This document shows, piece by piece, positions 1 to 14,064 of a stretch of DNA of 64,000 nt. The notes under the pieces were generated by a model, which saw only the letters and a list, made by a program, of their open reading frames with translations, was not told the origin of the DNA and ran no database searches. How positions within the stretch are numbered: position 1 is the first letter of the stretch; each line of letters begins with the position of its first letter. Both the position numbers and the translations under genes were made by a program. This DNA is from Vitrella brassicaformis CCMP3155 (taxonomy: Eukaryota; Protista; Chromerida), in the NCBI GenBank assembly GCA_001179505.1, contig CDMY01000206.1, positions 1-64,000 of the forward strand. The letters run 5' to 3'.

Positions 1-133
1 GGAGAGTCCACGTAGGACACGTAGTATGCGTCAGTCCATCCTGTCTGACGTCCTGTCCGCCATGGCCTGTCTCATGGAACGGACAAAGACTCAACAGCCG
101 TCCTGTCTCACAGATCAGTGGATCGTCGGTCTA

Positions 134-156
134 TGAACCCTAGGCCCTAAACCCTG
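134..156. repeat. Three degenerate telomere-like heptamers (TGAACCC-TAGGCCC-TAAACCC)
   Basis: Read directly about 40 bp upstream of the DLH ATG; two units match T(G/A)AACCC, the apicomplexan/plant-type telomere repeat. Confidence 0.4.
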
Positions 157-192
157 GACCGACTTGCACTTCTGACAGATCGCCCGATTGCA

Positions 193-1341
193 ATGGCGGT
201 CTGCTGCCCCACAGATCTGACGTGAGCAGCACACGATATGACAGAGAAATCGGTGCAAGTGAATGGCATTCACTCGCCGTCCTCTGCTGCAGGGCCGCAG
301 CGTCGGACTACAAGTCCGTTGGCACAGTGGAGAAGGTCGGGGAGCTCGATGTCTACTTCACAGGACAGGGCAAGTAAGGAAAAGGACGCTGATTGCAATG
401 GTTGGGTGAATGAGCATTGCTTCCGTCCGGTGTGTGGCGGCAGGGCTGGCGTGGTTGTCTTCTCCGACATCTTTGGGGATCACAACAACACAAGACGGGT
501 ACATGTGTCGGCGCCGTCTACACACGCCCTTCCTTCCAATATGAATGGGCTGCATGTTGTGTGCTGTCGACGACAGGTGTGCGACCGGCTTGCCGATGCC
601 GGCATGCTGGTAGCGATGCCTGACTACTTCAGGGGCAAGCCATGGCCGGCCGAGAAATTCCCTCCGCCCGACAGAGACGAGTTCATGGCTTGGATTGGGA
701 CATTCCCGTGGGAGCAGATCAACAAGGAAACACAGCCGGTGAGTGAGGGGATGAGTGGATCGGTGGGTAGGCCGGGGAATGAGGGCATGTGTTGGGGTGT
801 GGTCAGGTCGTGTCGCTGCTCAAGGCTCGCGGCGTTGAGAAGATAGGCTGTGTGGGCTTCTGCTGGGGGGGAAAGATGATCGCACACATGGCTGCAGACC
901 CTCAGATATCGGCAGGTAGGTATTCTTGATTCCACGACACATCACAGACAGCACCGCGTGTAGACACGTCTGTCCACATCTGTCTATCGGAACGTGTCAG
1001 TTGCCACGGCCCACCCGTCATTCTGGACCCACGAGCTTCTGCAAGGCGTCAAATGCCCAATGTACGGCCGCATCCCGCCCTACCGCCATCCCGCCCTCTC
1101 TCTCTCTCTCTCTGTCTGTGTCAGGTGTGCGCTGCCGTCCAAGGATGAAGCCGATGACGAGACGCTCGGCAAGAGTGTCTTGGCTGCCGGTCCCTGTGGC
1201 AAGGATCTGGTGTGGCAGCGATTTGACGACATGCATCACGGCTGGGTGTCGGCGCGGGAGTACAACACCGAGGAGAACCGCAAGAGAGCCGCCGAGGCGA
1301 TCTCCATCTTTATCGACTTTTTCAAGAAGCACCTCATGTGA
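193..1341 (+). CDS. Dienelactone hydrolase family protein (multi-exon)
   Basis: Spliced exons read MAVCCPTDL..SDYKSVGTVEKVGELDVYFTG, VVVFSDIFG, DRLADAGMLVAMPDYFRG, nucleophile motif GFCWGG (~855-872), FDDMHHGW, and end FIDFFKKHLM* at 1341. GT-AG introns join the frames. Confidence 0.88.
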
Positions 1342-2781
1342 TTGACATGAGAGAGAGAGATGGGGAGGCTCGACGGCATGTGTGTCGTGTTTCGTGTTGG
1401 TGCCGCTCGGATGAGGCCAATCGTATCGGGCTAGCGGGAGCTCGCTCGTCGTTCAGGCTGCATTCGGCTGAGTTGTTTTTTCGCAGCATCTGCTGCTGCT
1501 GCCAAGAGCAGGCGGTCGTGTACGTGTGTTTATGTCGTTGGCAAAGTCTTTTGTCGAAGAATGTGTGTGGCTGGAGGTCACGTCATGTGTCGTCACGCAC
1601 TACGAGCACATTCACTTTCCGGCTCGGCTTGGCTCGCTGACACTGTCTTCCTGCCTGCCTGAAAAAGGACTCGAGACTACACATATATCACTCACATAAG
1701 GAACTGATGTCCGTGATGCTGATGCTCGTCTCGTCCCCCCCATCCCCCGCATCGATCCACCCATCCTCCCACCCCTCAGAAGGAATGCATGGTCAGGAGG
1801 GCCGCCTGCCCCCCAATTGCACTGCACTGACTGACTGCTGCATCTGCATTATTATTTTCTGCCCTCCCAGACGCCCAGACAAGCACACACACACACCACA
1901 CACACACCCACACACGCGCGCACACACATAGATACGACGCAATTAGGCGAGACAGAGAGTGAGTGTAGGGAAGTGGATAGATGAGTTGGCATGCATATAG
2001 TATACAGACGAGAAATGACGGATAAATGATGTATGTGACACGATGGATGGATGGCAGGGCACGTGTCGGTCGGTGTTGGGCGTTGGCGTTGGCGGTGATA
2101 ATGGTGGTGTTGTTGTTGGTGATGTGGGCGTGGCATATAACCCAACAATGGGGAAGAATAAGAATAAGAATACACGCATGGCACGGTCGCGTGCACATGG
2201 TCATCCGTGTGTGTGGCCTGGCAGCGAGCGGCCCCCTGTGGCGATGCCACGGCGAATGTGGGCCTCATCGACGGCAGAAAGCCGACGAGGACTCCATTCG
2301 CCGTTGCATGGGAACAGGGGGCCGCTCGCTGCGCGCCAGGCCATATGAGAAACGTACACGTCGTATCCATCAATCAATGGCAAAAATCACTCATTGACGA
2401 TGATAGGTAGGTAGATAGACGACAGCATCTCCTCCTCCTCCTGTGCAAGTATGTCTGCAGTGCTGGTTGGACGGATGGATGGACAATAAGGTGAGTGATA
2501 CACATAGCGAGTGTAGGTATGCATGTAGCCGACAAATGAAGAAATGATTCATGACGATATGTATGGTGTGCTGGCTATCTTCACACACATACACACACAT
2601 ACACAACACAGGCGCATGATCATGAACCCACCCCTTCCCCACCCCCCCACACATCGTCGCACACATATGGACATACACACAATATACACACGCTCAACCC
2701 CTTTCCTCACCCCTGTACCCTCCCTCCCTCCCTCTATGTGTGTCCCCATCCCTCCCTCCCTCCCTCCATCCCCCTGTCTGT

Positions 2782-4591
2782 CTATATGCCGAAAAGCATG
2801 GCGACGGAGATGCGGATGAGCTCCCAGATGGTGCCCACGACGCTCGTGTTGTTCCTGCGGGCCATGGCGTACGAGATGCGCCGGTACGTCTTGAGGTGAG
2901 ACGTGCTCGTGAAGGGCAACATCTCGGCCTATCACACACACACATCACATTCACAGACACACAGTGAGGGGGGGAGATGGATGGATGGATGGATGCCGTT
3001 GGTGCGGTTTGTGCGTCTGGGTGGGGTGGGGTGGGGTGGCATTGCGTGCGTGCGTACGAGGCAGAGTAGGTTGAGGAAGGGCGACTTGATGACGGACTTC
3101 TCGACGTCGTCGTACAGGTAGAGATTGCCAAACTGCAACATACATACCAACACACACACACACACACACCATGCCGCTCTGCGTCCCTCCCTCCCGCGTG
3201 GCGTGTGTTGTGTGTGTGGTGTTGTGTGTTGTGTGCTTACGCTTCCGCATCCCGACTGAATGTTGAAGGGCGTGCCGCCCTTGCCGGAGCCCCAGCGCGA
3301 CTGCGGGAAGAGGATGGTGTTGAGCGAGTAGGAGTTCAGACCGATGACGCCGTAGTTGAGATCGTCGATCGACTCGTCTATCACCTGACACACCACACAT
3401 GGCATCACGTCACATCACATCACATCACATCATGCACATGACGTGACAGACAGACAGACAGACGGTGTCTCATTGACTTGACGACGTGTGTGGGCCGTGT
3501 GTGGTGTGGTGTGGTGTTGTGTGGTGTGGCGGGGCCTACGCGCGTGTCTTCTGGGGTCCTTGCCTTGGCGATCACCGTACACGACAGGTTCCCTACAGAA
3601 AGAAAGGACACACACACGGACAGACAGACGTGCAGACCGGCTCGTCAGGCAGGATGGTATCTCGCTCCCGCGCTCGCTCACCCATGAGTTTCTCGTTGGC
3701 AAATTTGGTGGCCTCCGGCAGGAAGGCCTGCAGGTCGTCTGGGGTGTCAAGCGCCACCTCTGCCGAAATGTTGAAGAACGCCTCCTGACCCCCCCACACA
3801 CACAACACATACACACATTTATATAAATGTGCGTGTGTCTTGTCTGCCACGTGTTTGTTTGTTGATTTGTGTGTGTGCTGACTGACCTCTTGCATCATGA
3901 AAGAGGTCGGCGAGATGTCGACGGCCAGCAGGTGTGGGGGCCGGCCGCTGTCCTTCTTGGTCAGCCTGCTCTTGCTGCTTATCGTGAACTCATCCGCAGA
4001 CTGATCGACGAGCAACGACAGCACCAACACGACATGAGATGGGTACATGGGTGCATGGGCATGAGCATGTGGATGCATCGCCTCAGCTCAGCTCACCTTG
4101 CCCTCTCTCTCCAGCTGCTGGACGAACCGCCTGCGCCACACACACATACACACGGGGGGCAGCAACACATACACATGGCCGCCTGTGTGTGTGTGTGTGT
4201 GTGTGCTTACTGCAGCTTCTGTTGGTAGTTGGGGTACCAGCTGGGCGCCAGTGGCGTGCTCTCCAGCACCTCCCGCAGCAATCGCAGAAACTGGGCCCTA
4301 AACACACACACACACACACACACAAACACACAAACCCATCCCATCAAGGCAGACGATGACTGACTGCATCGGTCGGTCGTTTGGGCGCGGTGCGGTGTGT
4401 ATGTTGAACGCACCTCTGCGGCCAATTCCGGCATGTGATGATGACCTGCGGCCTCGCGCATATGTGCCCGCCATTGAACAGCATCACATACCCCAAGTGC
4501 TGCACAAGTAAGTGAGTGACACACACACGAAACACAACACGCCCACACACACCAAATCAAGCTATGAATGAATGAATGAATCAGGCAACCA

Positions 4592-4622
<31 letters not shown>

Positions 4623-5510
4623 CCATCCATCCATCCATCCATCCATGTGTTCCTTACACTGGCGTGCAGCTTGAGGTCGACCCAGGACCACTTGCCGGGC
4701 GCGACAATCCATGGGTTGACGCCACCCAGCTCCGCCACAAACTGCTTCCTAAAGGGCGGCACCGGCGCCCTAGCCGGATCCTTGGGCAGCAGCGGCGGGG
4801 CGGGCGAGCCCCACATGATGCGGTAGTACGTCGCAGCACCGCCTAACACACACACACACACACGCACACACGCACACACACAAATGGATGGATGGATGAA
4901 TGGATGCCATGGCGGCACCACAAATAAGTGTGTGTGCAGGTGGTTGGGCGGGCGCATGCATACCGGTCATGAAGACCTCGTCGACCATTGGGTGATCGAC
5001 GAGCTGCTTGCCCTCGTCTGCCCCGCCCGTGACGATGGAGACGAAGCCCCTGTCGATGAAGGGGCGGAGGGTGTCCTCGAACACCGCCAGGGAGGGGTCG
5101 AAGGTGGGGTTTGGCTTGTACACGACCACCTTGTTGCGCATGTACAGGGCAGTCATGATGTCACTCGCATACTCCACTGATTGATTGACCACACAGACAG
5201 AGAGGACAACAGAGAGTAAGGGGACATGCTGGTGTGTGTCGGTGTCGGTGTCGGTGTCTGTGTCTGTGTCGTAGCGCATTTACCCCTCTCTCTCTCTCTC
5301 TCTGTCCTCTGTGTGTGTGTGTGTGTGTGTGTGTGTTGTTACTGTTGCCAGTGCCGAGGACGGCCACCACTCCTGACGGCGGGGTCTCTCCCGACTTGCT
5401 GAGGCCGTACGGCTCGTGCTGCCTCACCTTCTTGCCGGGCGAGATGTAGTTCTCTATCGACGAGAATCCGAACAAGACCGTGCTCAACAGATCGTTGGGC
5501 GCGACCTGAG

Positions 5511-5548
<38 letters not shown>

Positions 5549-6258
5549 AGTGGTTGCTGTTGTGTTGGTCGTGTTGGACATAAGCCTCCCCAGAGTCCCC
5601 ACCTGGATGGACGTGAATCCCCTGGGTGTGGACTTGGTACTGATGGGGTCGGGGTGGTGCCTCTCTTTGCTCGTCCTGCGCAGCGCACGCAGCATGTCCG
5701 AGAAGAAACTCGCAAAGTTCTGCACACACGCACACAAAGCAAGCAAGACAGCAACAACATGGCAACACCATACCAACACAAACAACGCAGATGTCGCCAG
5801 CGTCTCTCTCTGTCGCTCGTGGCCAGCAGTGTCGGCCCGCACACACGTACCATGGCTCCCACCCACGTCATGCCGACGTAGTTTGCGTCGGCCGGGTCTT
5901 TCATGTCGACGCCCCTGATGGCGCAGCCGATCTCCGTCATGGTGTCGAAGGCCTTGACGAGACACGCCAGGGACTCCTCCAGCAGCCTGGTCCGCTCCTC
6001 GATAGACAAACTGGCCCATTCCTCCTTGTGCTGGGCCACGCGCTGCACGGCGTCGTCCACAGCAGAGGCCGCCATGTTCACAGCGCACTGCTCGTCCTCT
6101 CCCTCTTCGCCCACGACGCTCTCAAAGCCTCCCAGCGAGGAACTTCGCAAACTGCCATAGCTCGCAGTGGAAGCCTCGAGATCTTCTGGCAAAGATGCCG
6201 AGGCGGAGATCTCTGCCACGTCTATCTTGACGCAGTCGCACATGAGGGCACTACCCAA
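2782..6258 (-). CDS. NAD(P)-dependent aldehyde dehydrogenase, long bacterial-like subfamily (multi-exon)
   Basis: Exons give VAVLGTGN, YKPNPTFD..PFIDRGFVSIVTGGADEG..LVDHPMVDEVFMTG, catalytic Glu in ELGGVNPWIV, catalytic Cys in NGGHICARPQ, LNYGVIGLN, VEKSVIKSP, and end ..SVAMLFGI* (stop at 2782). Start could be 6258, 6243 or a later Met. Confidence 0.88.
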
Positions 6259-6357
6259 TGCCTGCTTGGCGAGTAAGAAATATCTGATGTTGTCGCGAGA
6301 CGAGACCTCTCATCTCTCTCTCCCGGAGTCCGCACCCGAGACGAAGGCTGCAACGGC

Positions 6358-8920
<2,563 letters not shown>

Positions 8921-9192
8921 GACTGAGAGGCTAGAGGGGGTGAATCATTGAGTGTCGATAGACAGCCGTTGATTCTGTGAATGAAGTTGTCGCTGAGAGA
9001 GAGATCGCTGAGAGAGATGATGCGGGAGCGTTAGCCACGGACAGAAAGGCGAGGCCAAGACACGAAAGGAAGCAAAACCAATCGATCATTCATGACGTCC
9101 GGCTGACTGACTGACTGACTATACACATCGCACACTTGTACACCCTCCCTCACACTGGCACCCGCCCCGCCCCCATCTGGTGAATCCGCCCG

Positions 9193-10683
9193 TCACAGCG
9201 CTGCCCGCCTCTGCCACACAAAGGCACGAGGATTCTCTCCACCCATTTCCCCTCCACTCTCCTGTCCCAGCCCCACCGAGCACACCTGCATCGGCAGCTT
9301 CCCCCCTGCCCCACTTGGCGCCGCACCCGACGCATCCGACGTCTCCCTCTTGCCAGCCTTCTGCTGTTCCTGCCTAGCCCTCTCGGTATAAAACCGGCCC
9401 TCCGGCCTCATCCGTAGCTCAGATCGCGGGCCGCTTGACGGGTCGGCGGCGGCCTCTGCGTCGTGGTGGTGCTGGTGCTGGTGCATGTCCTGCATGAGGA
9501 CGGGCACCACCACCCGCCTCAAGACGCCCTCTAGGATGAAGGCTGTCAGGCCCCAGACCTTGTGGACACCGCCAAGGTAGGCGGGTACCTGGCAAAGACG
9601 CGGTGCTCACATGGCAGGAGGATGGAAGTGGGAGTGTGCGTGTGTACCGTGTAGGTGCTGCCCCCTCTCGGCAGCTGCTCCAGCGTCTGCAGACTGGGGT
9701 CTGTCAGCTGCTCGATGGACAGAGTGAACACATCAGCAACCTGACGAAACAAACCACCGACAGAGGGACCAGACAGACCGGCCAGACAGACAGACAGACA
9801 CACCATGAGAGTCATGGGACGCATGCATGTGTGTGTCATATACGGCTGCCGACCTCGTCGTCGCTTTTTTCTATCCACAGGAGTTCGCCCACATCCCGCC
9901 GCAGCAGCCCTATCACGGGATGGACGATCGTGCCTGTCACAGCCACCACCTACACACAGGTATCACGACACACGCGTCATCGTGGCCAAATGCGGACGTG
10001 ATGGCTGGCGCTTCTCTCTCGGCCACCTGTTCACACGTTCCAATGATGGTGATGTCCCCAATCCGGCTGCCGAGCTCCTCGTGGGTCTCGCGTAGGGCAG
10101 CATCTATGGGCGTTTCGCCCCTCTCAATATGACCCCCAGGGAACGACACCTATCACACGCACACACACACACACACACACACCGATTGATGGATATGAGT
10201 GCACGCTGACCATCATGCCTCGTGTGTGTTTCCTCACCTGTCCGGGGTGCGATATCTTGTCGCTTCGGAGCGTCAGCAACACACTGGCAACACCGTTGCG
10301 ATTGCACAGAGGGATCTGGACACAACCACAACACAAGGGAACACACCATTGCATGATCTGCCTTTGATCTGTCGGCTGTGAGAGCGTTTGCGCGTTACCA
10401 GTACGGCCGCCTGTCGTGGCGGCGGCGTCCGGCCCGCCAGCTTCTCCACACACTTGGCAGCAGTGGGTGTCAGCAATGGCACCTGATTCAAAACCATCAC
10501 GGACACAGACAAGTGTGTGTGCCGATCTTTGTCTTGTCGGCCCCCCTGAGTGCCCAGGCTCACCTGGGGCGGGGTGAATCCCTGGACGATTTGCGTCATC
10601 GCCTGGGCTTGTTTCGGGCTGAAGGAAACTCGACGCTGGATACGAGGAAGAGGTGGCATGGTGCTCATGCCGCTCTGGCACAT
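9193..10683 (-). CDS. Nudix hydrolase, CoA diphosphatase (NUDT7/8, PCD1)-like
   Basis: LLTLRSDKISHPGQVSFPGG (CoA-ase motif) followed by the Nudix box GGHIERGETPIDAALRETHEELG, then EVADVFTLSIEQL and KVWGLTAFILEG. Both termini are uncertain. Confidence 0.82.
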
Positions 10684-10857
10684 CCGGCGATGCCACACAA
10701 GCAAGCTGAGCTGCAAGCTCAAGTGGCGATCGGGTTTCTTCGGGGGGGTTGCGTTTCAACGCCTTTTGACCTACTTTTTGGCGTGCGGGTTCTCTAATCG
10801 CCAGCTTCGATGTGGTGTTGCAATTGAATTGCGTGACGCATGCATGAACCATCAGAA

Positions 10858-12850
10858 TCACCAGACACGATATAAAAAGTAGGCACCGATGTATACGGAG
10901 CTGCCCCACCAGCCATCTATCCATCCATCCATCCACTCATCCATCCATCCATCCATCCACTCATCCAGCCAGCCAGAAACACCGCACCACGCACCCTGAC
11001 ACACACACCCCTTTCCTATCCATCCTCGGCCCACTGGCGGCATCGAGGAGGAAGGTCGGCGGCGGCCTCCGCCGGGCCGCCTTTGGGCACGCCGGCGGAA
11101 TGGGTAGCGGTGCTTGGCGTACTTCTCGTCGATCTGCATCGGCCGGTTCCAATACGTCACGTGTGGTGCGTCCTCCATGGGTGCGTCTGGGACAGCAGCG
11201 GCACTGCATTCACACATCACAATGGACCCCAAACACGATCGATGTGTGAAAATCTCGCGTGTGTGTGTGCTCCTCCCTCCCTGCCTTGCTGTGTGTGTCG
11301 CCTCACCCGGCTGCCATGTCCTGGTTGCGGCGGGCGGCTCGTTTGCGGTGCAGCACCTGATCCAGGGGCTCGTCCTCCTCGTCACGCTTGCGCTTGCCCC
11401 CGCTGCCCCTGCCCTGGTCAACACCACCCGCATCACCCGCCCCGTCGGCACCAGGAGCAGCGCCGCCAATGTCGGCAGCACCCTCCGCCATGTCGGCATC
11501 CGCCCCGTCAACACCAGCCCCAGCCTCGTCAACACCATCTGCAACAGCCATGTCGGCATCGGCCTCCGCACCAGCAGCGAAGCCCATGTCGGCCTCCCCG
11601 GCCTCCCCTGGTCCCTCGGCACCCTCTCCGTCGTCTGCCACTGCGGCCATCTCCTGGTCCTGGTCGTGATGTTGGGGGGCGGGTGGGGGAGGGGGCGGGT
11701 TGGCGGCGATCTCGCGCGCCTCGACGTTACGCAGCACCACGATGGCGTCCTGGGCCTGGTAGGACTCGATGTTGTAGGCGCCAGGTGGGAAGGCGGCCTC
11801 TCGGATGGGCTGGTCCTTCTCTATCAGGTGGCGGACGTCATCCACAAAGTTCATGAGCCGCCGGGGGCCGCTGATGCCGACAATGGACTCCTATTCACGC
11901 ATAGGTCCTCCCCCATGTTCTTAACCGACTGAATGTGCCACACCGTGGGCTGGCTCGGACCCCCCAGAGGCGCCTCGGTGGTGAGGATGATACTGTCGAA
12001 GTCCGCGGCAGACATGGTCGACAGGTGCTCCAAACGTCCCACTAACGACCCGCCATGCACCTGATTGATACACACACACACACACACACACACACAGCGC
12101 CACACGACCACATGTGATGTGCGCGAATTCCCTGTTGGCTGTTTCCCTTCGCTCCCCCCTCTCTCCCCCCTCTGTGTGCATGTGTGCGTGCATACGTCAC
12201 GGAGCTTCACGGTCTCTCCTGGCAGTCGCTGGCTGCCGCAGGACCCTCCACGCGTCTCTCGAGGTCGTCCTCCGCGGACTCGTCGACGCGGAAGTGGAGG
12301 TTGGGGAGGACAACGCGGCCCATGACCATGTTGGTGGCCTTGAACGGACATGACTGGTCGTACCAGCTGTCCTCCTTGAGCCGCTGCTCCTGGAAGAACA
12401 GGGCGGTCTCCTCGCCGTGGATGTCGGTGAAGACCAGCTGGTCGCCCCTGATGTCATGGTCCTCGTAGTCGGGGCTGGCCTTGTCCCTCATGGCCTTCAG
12501 CGCCTCGATCCTCTCTGCATACAGCATACATACATGCATGCAACAACATCCACAGTGGGTGGCCCTCATGGCTGTCGTGTATTCGTCAATCGGTGGCCGT
12601 GTGTACCTACCGTGGGATAGGAGGAGTTGTGGGCAGGGGTTCGGGTCGCTATGGGCTCCTGCAGGGGGGCGAGGGACGGCACGGACGACCCAAGCGAACT
12701 GGGTGGCGGGAGTCGGCAGTACGCTGCACTCACACAACACATACGGACGGACATACAGACATATGTATACTTGCACTGCTGCTGCTCCCTCATGCTGCTC
12801 CCTCACGCTGGTCCGATGGCGTGCGGTAACCTCCTGTAGTCAGCGACGAA
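10858..12850 (-). CDS. Hypothetical multi-exon protein with acidic Ala/Gly/Asp-rich region and basic NLS-like motif
   Basis: Coding-like exons [13 protein letters not shown]..., [13 protein letters not shown]..., [14 protein letters not shown]...[25 protein letters not shown], flanked by GT-AG and (TG)n tracts. May extend upstream to ~13460. No family recognised. Confidence 0.45.
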
Positions 12851-14064
12851 TTGCAATCAATGATCCACAGCGCACACACGAGCGGGCGCGGGTGCTCTCC
12901 TCCCCGTGATGTTTTCTCACCTCCGCGGCCCGACGGCATCAAGCCTCTGTTCGGTGGCGTCTCCATGGCCCGTCCTGTGCCGGCGCGACTTGCTCAGCCT
13001 GGTGATGCGCTGCTCCCTCTTCCTCCTTGGCTTCCGCTCAAATACGACAACGAAGATGACAGGTGAACAGGCGTCACAGGGATGCACACGTGTGTGCCTG
13101 CCAAGAGGTGCTGGCGATGTGCTGCCGCCCAAATGTGATTCGGTAGAAGGAGAGCGGGAGCGTCTCGAGTGCCTTGAGCAGAGGATCTGATGGAATGACG
13201 CTGGCTGCCGTAAGCAGTCGAGCGGGCAAACGTAAAGGAATGCCTGGGGATGCTCAGTGGGCAGTTGGCCGGCTGCGTCTTCATTCTCCGAGAGCCGCGG
13301 AAGGGAGGAAATGACTTGGCGGTGAACGGCTGTGCAGGGGGAATGATGCGTTCGAAATCGGGAATGTAGTCGATATCTCCGACCGAGATCTCTGAAAGTC
13401 GCACATAGCCGGGTTTGCTGTCGTCGCCCGTGTCTGCACGAGCTTTTGGATGCCTACCACACACCCACACACACCCACATGGGCGCACACAGGCAGATGA
13501 AAGACAGAACGGTGTAATTTTTCACTTCGCTCACCTCTGCACTATCGTATCGGTGCCTTTTCGTAATGCCAAATCGTGCCGAAAGTTTGGCGGCGACTGG
13601 TGCTGTCTGTAAGGGCAGGACGTCCTTGCCGTCCTTGTCCAGCAGCACGCACGTCCGGCCGGCGTGGGGACCCTGCCCGCGGTGTGGGGAAAGCCCATCG
13701 CCCCGAATACGCACGAAGGCGACGGGCGAACACACAGTCCTCTCCAGCAGTGCCGCCAGCAATGAGGATGCCGCTGGAAGCAGACGGGTGAAGAAAAGGG
13801 AAAAAATCGCGCGAGAAAGTGGCCTGTCGCGATCTCGCCCAGCTCAGTAGCTCGCAGCCCTTTTCCGCGAGGAGAGAGCTGTTTCGGGCGCCGTCTTGCG
13901 ATCTGAGAGCGGGATCTCTGCCAAAGTCCGGTGTCATCTGACCCAGCTGCACCGACCAGCTGCTCGAGCTCAAAGTCTTTTCGGAGAGTTGTTTTCGCGC
14001 GGAGGGTCAGCAGCATGTGATGGCGTGACAGCGGTGGCAGCATCCGCAGCGTGACGTTCAGCCC

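Noticed and set aside
11851-11854. Overlapping ATGA stop/start suggesting operon-like translational coupling
   Set aside because: Explained by an upstream intron (acceptor near 11875) that switches frame into LMNFVDD.
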